Assembly (NCBI RefSeq): GCF_009914755.1
Contig: NC_060936.1
Reading direction: 5' to 3' (one strand)
Length of the DNA: 64,000 nucleotides
From: the human T2T-CHM13v2.0 reference genome, Homo sapiens
The translations under genes and the position numbers were made by a program. How positions within the stretch are numbered: the stretch's first letter is position 1; each line of letters begins with the position of its first letter. Of the stretch, positions 12,065 through 25,004 are shown piece by piece. The notes under the pieces are model-generated. The model saw nothing but the letters and a program-made list of their open reading frames with translations, was not told the origin of the DNA and made no database searches.

Positions 12065-12641
12065 TATATTTATATATTTAACCGCATATATTTAAGGTGC
12101 ACAACATAATGTCTTGGTATACATAGTGAAATGATTACTACAGTCAAGCAACTTGACATGACCATCATATCACAGTTACCTTTTTTAACATGTGTGTGGT
12201 AAGAGCACCTAAAATCTACTGTTAGCAAATTTCCAGTTCACACAAGATGAAGTTATTAACTCTAGTTCTCATGCTGTATATTAAATCTCTAGACTTATTC
12301 ATATTACATAACTTAATTACAACTTGGTACTTTTTTACTTACGTCTTCTGATCCTCCTTGCTCCTGGTAATCACCGGTCCACTCTTTGTTTATATATATC
12401 TAAATCTTTATATATATATAATCTCTAAATCTTTATATATATATCTAAATCTTTATATATATCTAAATCTTTATGTATATATAATTTGTATATATATAAA
12501 ATCTTTATAATTTAATGTAAATTAATCCTTATAATTTATATATATATAAAAGTTTATATATGTAAAAATTTTGTGTATAAGTGAGATCATAAACTTATTT
12601 TCTGTTATTTCACTTAGCATAATATTCCCCAGGTTTGTCCA
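12065..12641 (-). mobile_element. L1MA (L1MA9-like) 3' end
   Basis: tatatttaaggtgcacaacataatg...catagtgaaatgattactacagtcaagc...taagtgagatcat. Confidence 0.8.
12391..12560. repeat. AT-rich minisatellite, unit approximately (TA)n-TCTAAATCTT, four clear units then degenerate
   Basis: Direct reading. Confidence 0.85.
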
Positions 12642-12779
12642 AATTCATGTTACCTTCCCCATGTCTCAGACCCTATCCCTAGAAAGCCTCCCTCCCCTGA
12701 ACTCCTGAGGAGCAGTTTCTGATCTACTTTAAAATGGTTTCTTTCATCTTGCTTTGTACTGTAGTTAGTTGTAGTTTAT

Positions 12780-12920
12780 GGGAAAGAACATAGATTTTGG
12801 AGTCAAATCTGTGCTGAAGTTCTGCCTCTGGAACTTGATGTAGGCCAGGTTGAGATCCAGTTTTCTCATCTGTAAAACTGAAATTGTGATAGTCCCCTTG
12901 TACAATTGCTGTGAGGATTC
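12780..12920 (+). mobile_element. MIR SINE
   Basis: ttttggagtca...cagttttctcatctgtaaaa...ttgctgtgaggatt. Confidence 0.7.
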
Positions 12921-13243
12921 TAGATCAGTTCTGCAGTTTCTATCTTATAGTAGGCCTTAAGTAATTTTTTTTATTATGAACACAGGTCTTATTTCCTTTA
13001 TTGATTGGACTCTGAGCTCCTTGAAGGCAGAGTGGGCACTTAGCATGCGCTTAATAAACATAAGTTGATTAAGTGAACAAGAGCCATCAAGAGGGATGAT
13101 GCCTGCCTGTTTATTATGAACATGCATTCTTAGCTCAAATGGTATTTGGTTTGACTAACAGCTAAGATTTTGGGGAAGTATGAAAATAAGCACACTATAT
13201 GGCTTTGATTGCTGCCACTCACCTAATATGTTTATCTCACCAG

Positions 13244-13495
13244 GTTATGACGTTGCGGGGCCTGTGGCAATTGGGCTTACCCACTGGAAAAATCCATACG
13301 TACAAGGCAGACCAACCCTCCCATCAGATCTGCCTCTCTTCGTCTCCAAAGATGCAGGCATCCCTGTGTACCACCGATCCTTCACCCGCAAGACTGACCA
13401 GGCCACACCTTTGTCCTGTCCAGCCTCACTGTCTATCACTCCAGTGCCTTCTTACAGCAGTAGCAGCCAGGAAACCCTGAGTCAAGACACAACAG
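13244..13495 (+). CDS. ANO4: Internal coding exon (252 nt, phase 1-1), peptide (G)YDVAGPVAIGLTHWKNPYVQGRPTLPSDLPLFVSKDAGIPVYHRSFTRKTDQATPLSCPASLSITPVPSYSSSSQETLSQDTT; probable long ANO4 isoform
   Basis: Branch-like cctaat, acceptor tttatctcaccag|, consensus donor ACAG|gtaagt; lies within the longest ORF of the window (13180-13833); GC/CpG richer than flanks; in frame with the 7164 exon. Gene symbol from recollection. Confidence 0.75.
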
Positions 13496-13637
13496 GTAAG
13501 TGTTGGCTTCCTGTTGGAGATTCGGGACTGGGTGTGTATAAGATTCCTTCATGCATTTGCCTGCTGAATAAATTGCATTTGTATTTCTGCTTGTGTGATA
13601 TGATGGACCCCAACAATACCTCTATGTTCATACTGGC

Positions 13638-13769
13638 TTTTCTTTTTAATGAGATGGGGTCTCACTTTGTTGTCCAGGCTGGTATCGAACTCCTGGCCTC
13701 AAGCAATCCCTCCCACCTCAGCCTCCTGAGTAGCTGGGACTACAGGCACGCACACCACCATGCCCAGCT
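13638..13769 (-). mobile_element. FLAM (free left Alu monomer)
   Basis: gagatggggtctcactttgttgtccaggctggtatcgaactcctggcctcaagcaat...ccaccatgcccagc, monomer length. Confidence 0.9.
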
Positions 13770-14051
13770 CTCACTGGCCTTTAATAGCTTTGCTATACCA
13801 GAAGGAAGGTTGAATGTGTATAGAAATATTTGACCTAAGTGCTAGTTCTGTTTGGTAAAATGTTATCTAGAAATCAACTCTGAATCAGAATTTCAAGATA
13901 TGTCATATGGCTTTAATTTATTGAATGCTCTATTTAGTGACAAGATATCTATCTTGGACTAAACTCGTGTATTCAAAAAAGTCATCAAAAAGTCATCTTT
14001 GAATACCGTAGTTAATATCAATTCATGTTGCTCCACCAAATTGATCTATTT

Positions 14052-14367
14052 CAGGGGTCTGCAAACTACTGCCAAATCTGGCTGGCTACCTGTTTTTGTA
14101 CAGCCCGAGAACTAAGAATAGTTTTTACATTTTTAAATGGTTGGAAAAAAAGTTTTTAAACAATATTTTGATACACATGAAAGTTACATAAAATTCACAT
14201 TTCAGTATTTATATATAAGGTTTTCCTGGGACACAGCCACACTGATTCATTTCTGTATTGTCTATGGCTGTTTTCACATAACAGTGGCAGAGTTGAGTAA
14301 TTGTACTCTTGCAAACGCTGAAATATTTATTATCTGGCCCTTTATAGAAAATGTTTGCTGACTGCTG
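14052..14367 (+). mobile_element. MER58B hAT-Charlie element
   Basis: TIRs caggggtctgcaaact / tgtttgctgactgctg and internal ttgtctatggctg...ggcagagttgagta. Confidence 0.85.
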
Positions 14368-14687
14368 ATCTATGTGATCCTTGGAAGTCATGAGTTAAAC
14401 AGTCAGGGCAAGAAGAATGCTTACAACATCCTGCCTTAAAATTTATCGCTTATATCACACTGGAAATAGCTGCAGAAATGGCCATGCAAGGATGGCCAGT
14501 TAATTGTTTTTATTTCTAAAATCTGAGTTGGAGGTTTAAATTATGCAAAATCTATCCTGCCATGTTTTCCTTCTATAGATACAGCACTTAGAGGTAATGG
14601 TTTAGTCAGCCAAATCCAATGTGTAATTCTGGTTCTGGAAATAAATCTTTGAATGTTGGGATACCACGACACTCAACAATTTATAGA

Positions 14688-14706
14688 TGCTGCCACCTAG
14701 AGGTAA
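14688..14706 (-). promoter_or_regulatory. CTCF-like motif
   Basis: tgctgccacctagaggta matches the reverse CTCF core YGCCMCCTAGTGG with one mismatch. Confidence 0.5.
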
Positions 14707-14754
14707 GATGCTGAGGTTGCAGAAGTTCCAGATTATCAAAACTAATCTTTAAAG

Positions 14755-14935
14755 CAGTAGATTGCAGACTTCACTAAAGGTTAAGAATCAGCACTGCACT
14801 TGTTAAAAATGAAGATTCCTGGGTCTTACCCCAGGGGATGCTGTGTCCATGGCACAGGGTGAGCTTCAGCAATCTGCATTTGGCAGGCTTTTCCTTCCTG
14901 GGATTTTGATTCCTGCGGTTCACAAACATACCTGG
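14755..14935. mobile_element. MER5-type DNA element
   Basis: cttgttaaaaatgaagattcctggg...aatctgcattt. Confidence 0.6.
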
Positions 14936-16373
14936 AGGACCCCCTCCAAAGGCTCTTTAGTCAAATGGCTGAATTGAAATATCAGGGATTGGTAATGAAG
15001 AGCACTGGGGAACATTTGCATACCATCAGTTCTGCACATGGCAAAAGTAATCATCTTTCTGACTGTCCTTGTTGAAGGTCAGTTTGACAGCGGAAAGAAA
15101 TCACTATCTGGGGCTTGAAAATGTTTCTGTATAGTAAGTTTAAAATTTTCTGGGTTTTGCTTTTATTGTGAAGGAAAGCTGACTCTTCTTGCTTTAGTTT
15201 AATAAAATCAGAAGTTAATATATAAAGTACCTCCTTTATATATTAACCCAGGGTAGCTGAAAGCTTATGGCATTTTTTGGCAAAGAGGGGTGTGAAATGG
15301 CAGCTGCCAGATTAACATTTTATCATGGTTCCCTTAGTTGACTTTTTTTCTCCTCCATAGAGCACTATACTCAGAGTCAATCTGATTTTTGGATAAAGGT
15401 TTCTGTGTTTAACTTGGAGGTTTTCACAAACAAAAGCCTATAATTCTCTTCATTCCTGGGGACTTTCCATTAGCAATAAAATATTGATTTGTTCCAAGCA
15501 ACTGCTTATTATTATTCTTACTATTAGTATCCTAACAAAGTAAGCCTGGACATCCAAATATATACTACACAAGCATGTGATAATCATTTTATCATAGAAA
15601 GTTATAGATGCTGGTATAGTTTTTGTAAGTCTCGACAATGACTATGTGTAGGCCAATTATTACATTTATTTGATTTTTTAGAACAAATTGTTGATTTTAA
15701 TATGTATTTTTGTGTGAAAGCTTATAGTTTCCTTTCTTTTTATTTGTGTTTTAAAGAATAAAGTTAATTTCATTTTGTTTAAAAAATACAGTTTTATTAC
15801 TCATTTATACTTAATTTTTTGCTTCTTTTGCTAGTTAAAAGAAAACTCTGAGGTGAGATAAGTCAGTTCAGCTATACTAGGATACCCTACAAATTCCAGA
15901 CTTTGCCAGACATCCCTTCACAATTCTAAGCTATCTCTCTTCTCTATAAACTTTTGGACTGATATAGAGGAGCTGACAAGTTTTAGGCACAATATAACTA
16001 TACAATTATTCATGGATTGTGAGAATTTTCTTATGTTTAAGAATTTCCCAAACACATTATAAAATCATTTTTCCATTTTATAAATCCCACCATTCTGCAG
16101 TCCTAGAAAGAATGCTTAATAGCAGAACACTAACTAAATGACTAGAGCTTCTTGAGCTCTCATTTTATTTAGCTGTGTTCGCTATTGTCACCATCCTATT
16201 CCATCATTCTTTCCCTTCATTGTGTGACTAACTTCTATAGTAGATTCTCTTGTATTAGACTTTACTTAACCCTGCTTGTCACCTTGTGCAGTGAACAACT
16301 TGTGAAACTGCATAGTGGTCCTGAATGTAGTTCTTCCTTATGACAGAAAAACTGTTTCCAGTGTCCAGCTTGG

Positions 16374-16560
16374 TCCATCCATCTATCCATCCATCCACTC
16401 ACCCATTCATCCATCCAATATACACTAAGTTACCACTCCATGTTATGTATTGTGATAAGTCCTTGGGAGAGAAAATTAAGTAAGGCATCACCTCTATCTC
16501 AGGAGCTCAGAGTCTAGTGGAGGAGGCAGACAAGTAAGGCAAGCATTCTGATTCAGTGTG
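16374..16560 (-). mobile_element. L2 3' end with (CCAT)n tail
   Basis: ccatccatctatccatccatcc...tcaggagctcagagtctagtggaggaggcagacaagtaa. Confidence 0.7.
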
Positions 16561-17094
16561 GTGTTAAGATAGATGATTTCACAAGACGTGATCACATATG
16601 TTTTTGTTTTAAATTATTTAATTAATATATTATTAAAATACTAATAGTATTAAAATATTTTAAAATATATATCTAAAATATTAGTACAAATACACTGAAT
16701 GCAGAATATATTATTAAATTATTTCTTCAATTAAAAGAAGGTAAATTTGAGACAACCATAGGAGGAAAGCTTGGAAATGATCTCTATCTCAGATACTTTT
16801 AGTAGGTTTGACACACAATTTTTAAAAAAGTAAATGATGATAGTATTCAATTGATATTAAATTCATTACAAATAATTTATAAGCTTTGGTTTAAGAGAAA
16901 AGTAATTAGAAACTTTACACTTCAAAAAGTTGCTACTAGATACTGGACTTTGGGATATACTGTAAGAATTCTGGTTAAATCAAGAAATATTTTGAGGACA
17001 AAAATAAGGCATGAAAGGTATTTTAAAAATTAAAATGGAAATAACTCCTTCTTGCTTAGTAAGTGTCATAGAAAAAGAGTAAAACTATTGTCAC

Positions 17095-17325
17095 TTTATT
17101 TCCTTCCAATTTTTATTTTAGGTTTGGGAGTACACGTGCAGGTTTGCTACATGGCCAAATTGCATTTCGCTTGGGTTTGTTATACAAATTATTTAATCAC
17201 CCAGGTAGTGAGCACAGTACCTCATAGGTAGTTTTTTAATCCTCACCCTCCTCCCAACCTCCACCCTCAAGTAGGCCTTGGTGTCTGTTGTTCCCTTCTG
17301 TGTGTCCATGTTAACATGCAATTTT
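17095..17325 (-). mobile_element. L1PA (L1PA15/16-like) 3' end
   Basis: gtacacgtgcaggtttgctacatgg...cacccaggtagtgagcacagtacc...ccaccctcaagtaggcc. Confidence 0.85.
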
Positions 17326-17649
17326 TGATAACCAAGATTTGTAACTTCCATCACCACTACCACCTCCGCCTCACAACTTCTCTTTCTAGTCATTCCTATA
17401 TCCCCAGCTGATCCTCAATCACTCCATTCCTTTCTATCCAATCCCCAGCTGCATACTGATGCCCCCAAAGCCATATTTTCATGTCTGATTTCTCTGACAA
17501 GTTTTACATGTGTATTTATAAGTGCCTACTGGAACTTTCAACCCGGATATATCCCATACTATCAAAACTTATATATCCCGAATGGAACTTCCTTCTGGTA
17601 GCTCTCAAAGTTGAATTTATTATTCTATTTAATGCTGGCATAGTCTCAT

Positions 17650-18015
17650 TGTGTTAGTTGGACTGCCATAGCAAATATACAACTGGGTGGCTTAAACAAC
17701 AAACGTTTCTTTCTCACAGAAAAGAAAAAAAAGAGGCTAGGAAGTCCAAGATTAGGGCACTGACCGATTTGGCGTCTGGTGAGGGCTGTCTTCATGGTTT
17801 CTAGCTGGCTGGTCTTCTCACTGTACCCTCACAGGATAGAATGAGAGCGAGCTGGCCCTCTGGCTTCTTATTATAAGGGCACTAATCCCATTTATGAGGG
17901 CTCCACCCTCATAACCTAATCACCTCCCAAAGTCCCTACCTTCAAATGCCATCACGCTGGAATTAGGATTCCAACATATGAATTTTGGAGAGACACAAAC
18001 ATTCAATTAATTGCA
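17650..18015 (-). mobile_element. MaLR LTR, MLT1A-like, inserted in L2
   Basis: ctgggtggcttaaacaac...gaagtccaagat...aagggcactaatcccatttatgagggctccaccctcat. Confidence 0.85.
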
Positions 18016-18284
18016 TCATCCACAGTCCTAATCCAGTGTTTTGGGTTAACCCCCTCATGCTTAACCTTCTGCTGGCCATCAGCCTCCACAGCCAGCTGGC
18101 TAACTTATTAATTATGTCTATTTTAGAAATATTGCTACTTCAAAGCTTCGTCTCCATCCCTACTGACATTATTTCTGCTCAAGCTCTCACTATCTCTCCT
18201 TAGACTAGTGCTGCTAGCAGTCTTGTTACAAGTCTTCCTGAATCTTAATTCTTCCATGACCATAGTTTAGCTTTCCCAATTCAT

Positions 18285-18420
18285 CTCTCTCCCTCCTTTC
18301 CCTCACTCCCCCTCACTTTCTGTCTCTCCCTTCCTCTCTCTCCCCTTCTCTCTTTTGCTCTTTCTCTCTCCCTCCCTCTCCCACCTTTTCTTCCTCTTTT
18401 TCCACCTCCTCCTGCCCTCC
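18285..18420. repeat. CT-rich polypyrimidine low-complexity tract
   Basis: Direct reading. Confidence 0.8.
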
Positions 18421-18929
18421 ACTTGAAAATCTCTGTTGCTTCTCCATAATAGAATAAAGTCTAAACACTTCATACAGGGTACAGGTACGTAAGGGCCTTC
18501 CTAACTAATTTTAACTGACTCTCCAGCATGTCTCACCGCTCTGTACAGATGTGTCAGCATAGTACTTACACTTGATTCTTTACTGTTCCCTAAAAGCTCA
18601 TGATTTTGCACATCTGTGCCATCTACTTTGATACCTTTCCTTACATTCTTCTCCTAGAATATTCTTATTCTTCAAACTCAATTAAGAGTTTGTGAATTCT
18701 TTCCCTTTTTGCCTCAGCATATTTTGTTATTCTTTCTGTTTCCACTGGCAATTCTTATGCACAGATTTAATTTTGCTCTTATTGTACTCCAATACAGTTT
18801 TTTCATATGGCTACCATAATAGACGTAAATAAAGTTCTTGAGTTAGGAATTAATGTTTTGATCATGTACTTGTTCGCTCAGTGCAGAGCTTGGCATGTAA
18901 GAAGTATGTTTTCTATGACCATTGAAACT

Positions 18930-19920
<991 letters not shown>

Positions 19921-19927
19921 CTTAGAA

Positions 19928-20082
19928 GAATGATTTCTCAAGCAGGGATGATGTTGTTTCACAGGGGACATTTGGCAATGTCTGCAGATATTTTTGGTTG
20001 ACACAACTTGGCAGGAGGTATCACAGGCATCTAGTGGGTGGACACCAGGGATACTGCTAAACATCCTACATGCACAAGACGT
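19928..20082 (+). mobile_element. MER20 (partial)
   Basis: caggggacatttggcaatgtctg...ggcatctagtgggt...ctgctaaacatcctaca. Confidence 0.85.
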
Positions 20083-20346
20083 GGTCCCTAACTCATTGTC
20101 CCATGTTCACTGTCAATTCTTAACTCTCCTTCCTCCCTGGGTGTTTCTTGTCCTGTGTGTAGTACCTTGCCCTTGCAATGGGTCCCCTCCTTTAGGGCAT
20201 TCCCAGGGCTCTCGTTTCTCTCCTAGGGCTGTGCTTGGTGAAGTATGATTAGCACCTTTGATTTCCCCTTTCTCAGGTTTCTGTGTTCTTTAACTCTCCC
20301 TAAATTGTATCTCATGCTGCACCTAGGCCTTTCTTTTTTGCTAATA

Positions 20347-20545
20347 CCAGTTTCTCAACCTTGGTGCCGTGGACATTTTGGGCTGAATAATTCTTAGCTG
20401 TGGGGGTTGTTTTGTGCATTGTAGGATGTTTAGCAGCATCCCTGGCCTGCACCCAACAGACGTCAGTTGTGATATCTGAAAAAAGTTTTCAGACATTGCC
20501 AAATATATGTTTGCAGGCGAAATCACCCCCAGTTGAGAACCACTG
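20347..20545 (-). mobile_element. MER20
   Basis: tttctcaaccttgg...tgtaggatgtttagcagcatccctggcc...cagacattgccaaat...gttgagaaccactg. Confidence 0.9.
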
Positions 20546-20982
20546 ACTTACACCAAAGTCTGATCCTGTTCTCTGAAGCTCTGCTTAGTGGCAGAAGTCT
20601 GGTACCCTAATCATTGATAATGGGTTCATGGGTTTTAATGCATTTGATCCTATTTTAGCAAGGGCCTTTTGCCAACCATACTCTAATCAAAAACATGGGG
20701 GGAATTTTTTTCCAAAGAGGAAGATTTTTTTCCCCCTTAAGACTACAGGTAACACCTTTGACACTTGCCCTGCCTGCTTCCCTACACCCCACCTCTCTGT
20801 GAAATTATGTCATGAATCAAACCTCCTCTGTATGTGTTCAAGACCATTGGTAATCTCCCTGCATTTCCATAAGCAGGAATCATTGAGAACTCTTCCCTTT
20901 GCCTTGTGCCCTCCTTCTCCGGCCTCACCATCTTCCCTTTAGTGGTCTTCTGGTGGGATTGTGTTTCTAAAAAAGAACACTA

Positions 20983-21283
<301 letters not shown>

Positions 21284-21949
21284 TACTAATGAATTCCAAA
21301 CATTCCTTATGGACTTTACAAATATGTTCCTCATCAGGAAAGGAGTTGAGAAATGACTATCTTCTGTTCCAGATCACTTCCCAGGAGTCTAGCTTTTACC
21401 TGTGCACCTAAGGTCTGAGCAGAGCATGGTGTCTTATATTGACGGGGAAGATGTTCACTCACCTTTCCTGGTGACCTTACCGAGCTTACTGGTACTCCAT
21501 ATATGCAAGCTCTGAAATCTTAGGTGCCCAATGTTATGTTGCTATGAATTTGCCTGGGGTATAGAATACCTTAGAAGAGGTGCCCATTTGATAGCATGAA
21601 TTCAATGTCTTATAACAAATTGTGACCAGATACTTTCAGAACGGATGCCAAAGGAAACAGGTTTGATTTCAGAGATAGAGTGCCGCAGACAGTGACCCTG
21701 CAACCTGAACAACTGATGTGACCACGAGATGCAGAGTAATTGGACCTCACCAGGAGACTCATGTGCTCCCTTGTAGAGAAGCTGAGAGACACTCCTTGTC
21801 CTGTCCCTGCTTGCACACCATGTGCCCAGCCAGCCTGAGCCTTTCTGCTAGAGTGTTAGTTCAGCTAAATCTGTGGCACAGAGTAATGGAAGATCAGCTA
21901 CCCTCTACAAAAACCAGGGCAATATAAATTAGAAAGTCTCTAAACCATT

Positions 21950-22190
21950 ATATTTAAAGTGGGTTTCTTCTAGAGAACATAGAGTTGGGTCTAGTGTTTT
22001 TATCCATTCTGACAATTTCTTTTAATTGATGTCGTTAGACCATTCACAAGTAAAGTGATGATTGGCATAGTTGAATTAGTATCTGCCATGTTTGTAACCA
22101 TTTTCTATTATTACATTTGTTCACCATTTCTTTTTTTTTCTACTTTTTCTCTTGCCTTTTCTGATTTTAATTGAGCATTGTATATGATTT
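21950..22190 (-). mobile_element. L1M fragment
   Basis: tatatttaaagtgggtttcttctagagaacatagagttgggtc...ttagaccattcaca. Confidence 0.7.
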
Positions 22191-23401
22191 TTAAAAAATG
22201 GGATGTCATCTTCCTACTTCCCTTTCTGCTTTTAAAAATTTCCCTTTTGTCAAAATAGCCCTGAAGGGGTATTTAGATTTTAATCGTATGTTATGGAATA
22301 AATTTTCCGGTTTGGTTTATATGGAGTGTGAATATGAGGGTTAACTTACTTAAGTTAGGATATTGTAACAAGTAGGGCATTTTTATGCATTTTGGAAGGT
22401 GATTTGTGGTTTCCTAAGATGCTGGCTGGGTAGAAGATGTCACAGTGGAAGGGAAGGCAAATTTGAGTTGAGGCTATTCAGGTGAGGGACCAGTGTTCCA
22501 AGCAGCAGGACAGTGTGCAAAGGCTGATTCCAGAGGAGCTGGGGGTAAATGTCTCCTTCACATTGAAGTTGAGTGCTGAATGTGTTATCAATAGAGGTAT
22601 TGCCGCACAGGGTGGCTGGGTTCTCTGGGGCTGTTACTCTGGTCTTCCATGGTGCATTCCATGTGTTAATGGACATTTGTGAGCAAGCCCAGAATTTTAA
22701 CCTCCATGTATACTACTTCTCTGTGAAAAACTAAGTTGGGAACCGCCTGGACTTTAGAACTAAGAGGATCATTGGAAATGTTCATTTTGACAAGAGCATT
22801 GGCTAAGAGAAATACATTGCTGAGCTTTCTTCAAATTTCCTATTTTCCTAAACTTGCCTATATTGTTCTTTTCAGAATTCAAGAACATTTCTTGTTGTTT
22901 AATTATCGATTCCAGCGGAGTCCTGTTCATTCTTCCTCCATGTGTGCTGGTTATTTAGTTTTAGAAGACTGAAAACACCAATGAATCAGGGAATGATTGG
23001 TGGCAAATGATGAAGACAAAGTCAATTTAATGATGTAGCTATGAAGTTACTTGGGGATTTCTAATATAAGAGACTGAAGAACTTGAATTAAAGCTGTGTT
23101 GAATGTGATTTGCAAATAATTATATATTTCAGCCATAAAATCAGATGGCTTTAAGATGCTCCAATAAAGTCATCCATTCTTCTAGTCATCTAAACTCTTG
23201 CTACTCAAAGTGTGGTCCACAAGAGCTAAGAGAGCCTGAGTTTGGATTTAAAAATATCGTCCAAAAGGGATAATGCGAGGGACATTTTAGAGATAGCTTC
23301 AATAGCACTTCGTAATTAATGGGATGTGATATATGACTGAATGGATGTCCCGTATATTTTCAATAAGGTTAAAATATGATACTGAAGCTTCATAGTTTAG
23401 G

Positions 23402-23885
23402 CCAGTGATTCTCAAACTTTAGTGTCAATATAAGCCCAGTGGACTTCTTGTTAAACTGCAGATCCTCATCCAGTAGGTCTGGGCAAGGGGTAGTGAGATT
23501 CTGCATTTCTTTTTTTTTTTCTTTTTTCTTTTTCTTTTTCTTTTTAGACAGTCTCACTCCATCATCCAGGCTGTAGTGCAGTGGCATGATCTTGGCTCAC
23601 TGCAACTTCTGCCTCCTGGATTCAAGCACTTGTGCCTCAGCGTCCCAAGTAGCTGGAATAACAGGCATGCACCAACACACCTGGCTAATTTTTTTTTTTT
23701 TTTTTGTATTTTTAGTAGAGACAGGGTTTCGTCATGTTGGCCAGGCTAGTCTTGAACTCCTGACCTCAAGTTATCCACCTGCCTCGGCTTCTCAAAGTGC
23801 TAGGATTACATGCGTGAGCCACCACACCTGGCCTAGATTCTGCATTTCTAACAAGCTTCCAAGTGATGCCCATGCTGTCAGTCAT
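23402..23885 (-). mobile_element. MER5A split by an Alu insertion
   Basis: ccagtgattctcaaactttag...cagtaggtctggg...[Alu]...ttctgcatttctaacaagcttccaagtgatgc. Confidence 0.8.
23511..23833 (-). mobile_element. AluS with perfect 15-bp TSD
   Basis: TSD agattctgcatttct at 23496-23510 and 23835-23849. Confidence 0.95.
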
Positions 23886-24232
23886 GGAGCTTGGGATTCA
23901 GTACAAGACACAGGTAACAAAAAATATTATACCAAATAATTTGTGGTCACTAACAGGCAGATGCTTTGAAGGATAGGAATAATCCTCTTCTTAAAGATTC
24001 TTGGCAATACTGTTTTTATCAAAACACGCCTCTGAGTTCCCAAAACAGTACTCTATAAAGAAAATTTTCTTTACCACCAGTTATAAGTGGGAAGTCTGCT
24101 TATGCCCTGTTACAGGAATATTATTTGTCTGTGATATATAAGTGTCCAAACGTTTCCACAGACATTGTTTTGATATTAAAAACCAAATGAAAATCCCAGC
24201 AACCATGGTACTGACTCAAGAGGGAGCTTAGC

Positions 24233-24621
24233 TGTCTTAGTTCTGGTTCTCTGGGAAATAGATTTTGAGCCAGAGATGTGCATGCAAGAAGTTTCCTGGG
24301 GAGAGCAGTTGGGATCCGTATGTATGGTGTGTGTGTGTGGTAGATGGAGGGAAGCATAACCAGGCAGAGGGAAGATATGAGCTGTGATGATGCACAAACA
24401 TGGCCTCAGCCCTCACAGAGGGATACCTGGAGCTGGGACAGTCCTTCAACATTGTCCCACAACAAAGCTATTGTAACCTGCCATCATTGCCTGGATGCAA
24501 GCTGCCACGAGGAATGAATGTGACCCTGGGGAATTCTCTTTGCGGGCAGTTTCCCAAGAAAGATTCAGCCGAGAGCCATCAGCAGCTGGGGGTGTACCAT
24601 GGGGCCCACAGCATCCATGAC
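24233..24621 (-). mobile_element. ERVL LTR, LTR16-like
   Basis: tgtcttagttctggttctc...ggcagagggaagatatgagctgtgatg...ctggagctggga...ttgtccc. Confidence 0.7.
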
Positions 24622-25004
24622 ATCAGCTGATGGAAGTGAAGTGTTTAGAAAGATCTACGCGGGAAAGCAAGTGGGAGAGAATGGTGGAATTCTCAGTTTG
24701 ACCGCAAGCATGGAAAATCTCTGCTGACCTAAGAAAAAGGCCCAGAATCTGAGCAGGTTTTCCAACCCCCAGGAACTGCTGAGTATCTGGATTCTGGTTC
24801 AGTTTGTAGTTCTCTCCAGCAAAGAGGCACCTAACAGATTGGGAAACACCCTCTGGTCACTATTCCTCCTGGTTATGTGGGTATATATTTTGGAAACTAT
24901 GCAGTTTTTGTCTTTTTCAGGCAAATAAGGATACAACTGATTTGTGGTTGTAATTGGAGAATGGAAGAGTTGGCTCACTTTCCTTGTCCCAGGTCGTGTA
25001 ACTC

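Noticed and set aside
13180-13243. ATG at 13180 as start of a single-exon 217-aa gene
   Set aside because: This stretch contains the branch point and acceptor of the 13244 exon, and no promoter or CpG island is nearby; better explained as intron
7164-13495. Back-spliced 336-nt stop-free circRNA of the two exons
   Set aside because: Follows trivially from symmetric exons; no in-frame ATG, and flanking inverted Alu complementarity is short and distant
23586-23939. Alu-derived ORFs (also 19474, 21043, 50535, 51490 and others)
   Set aside because: Typical spurious translations of Alu sequence
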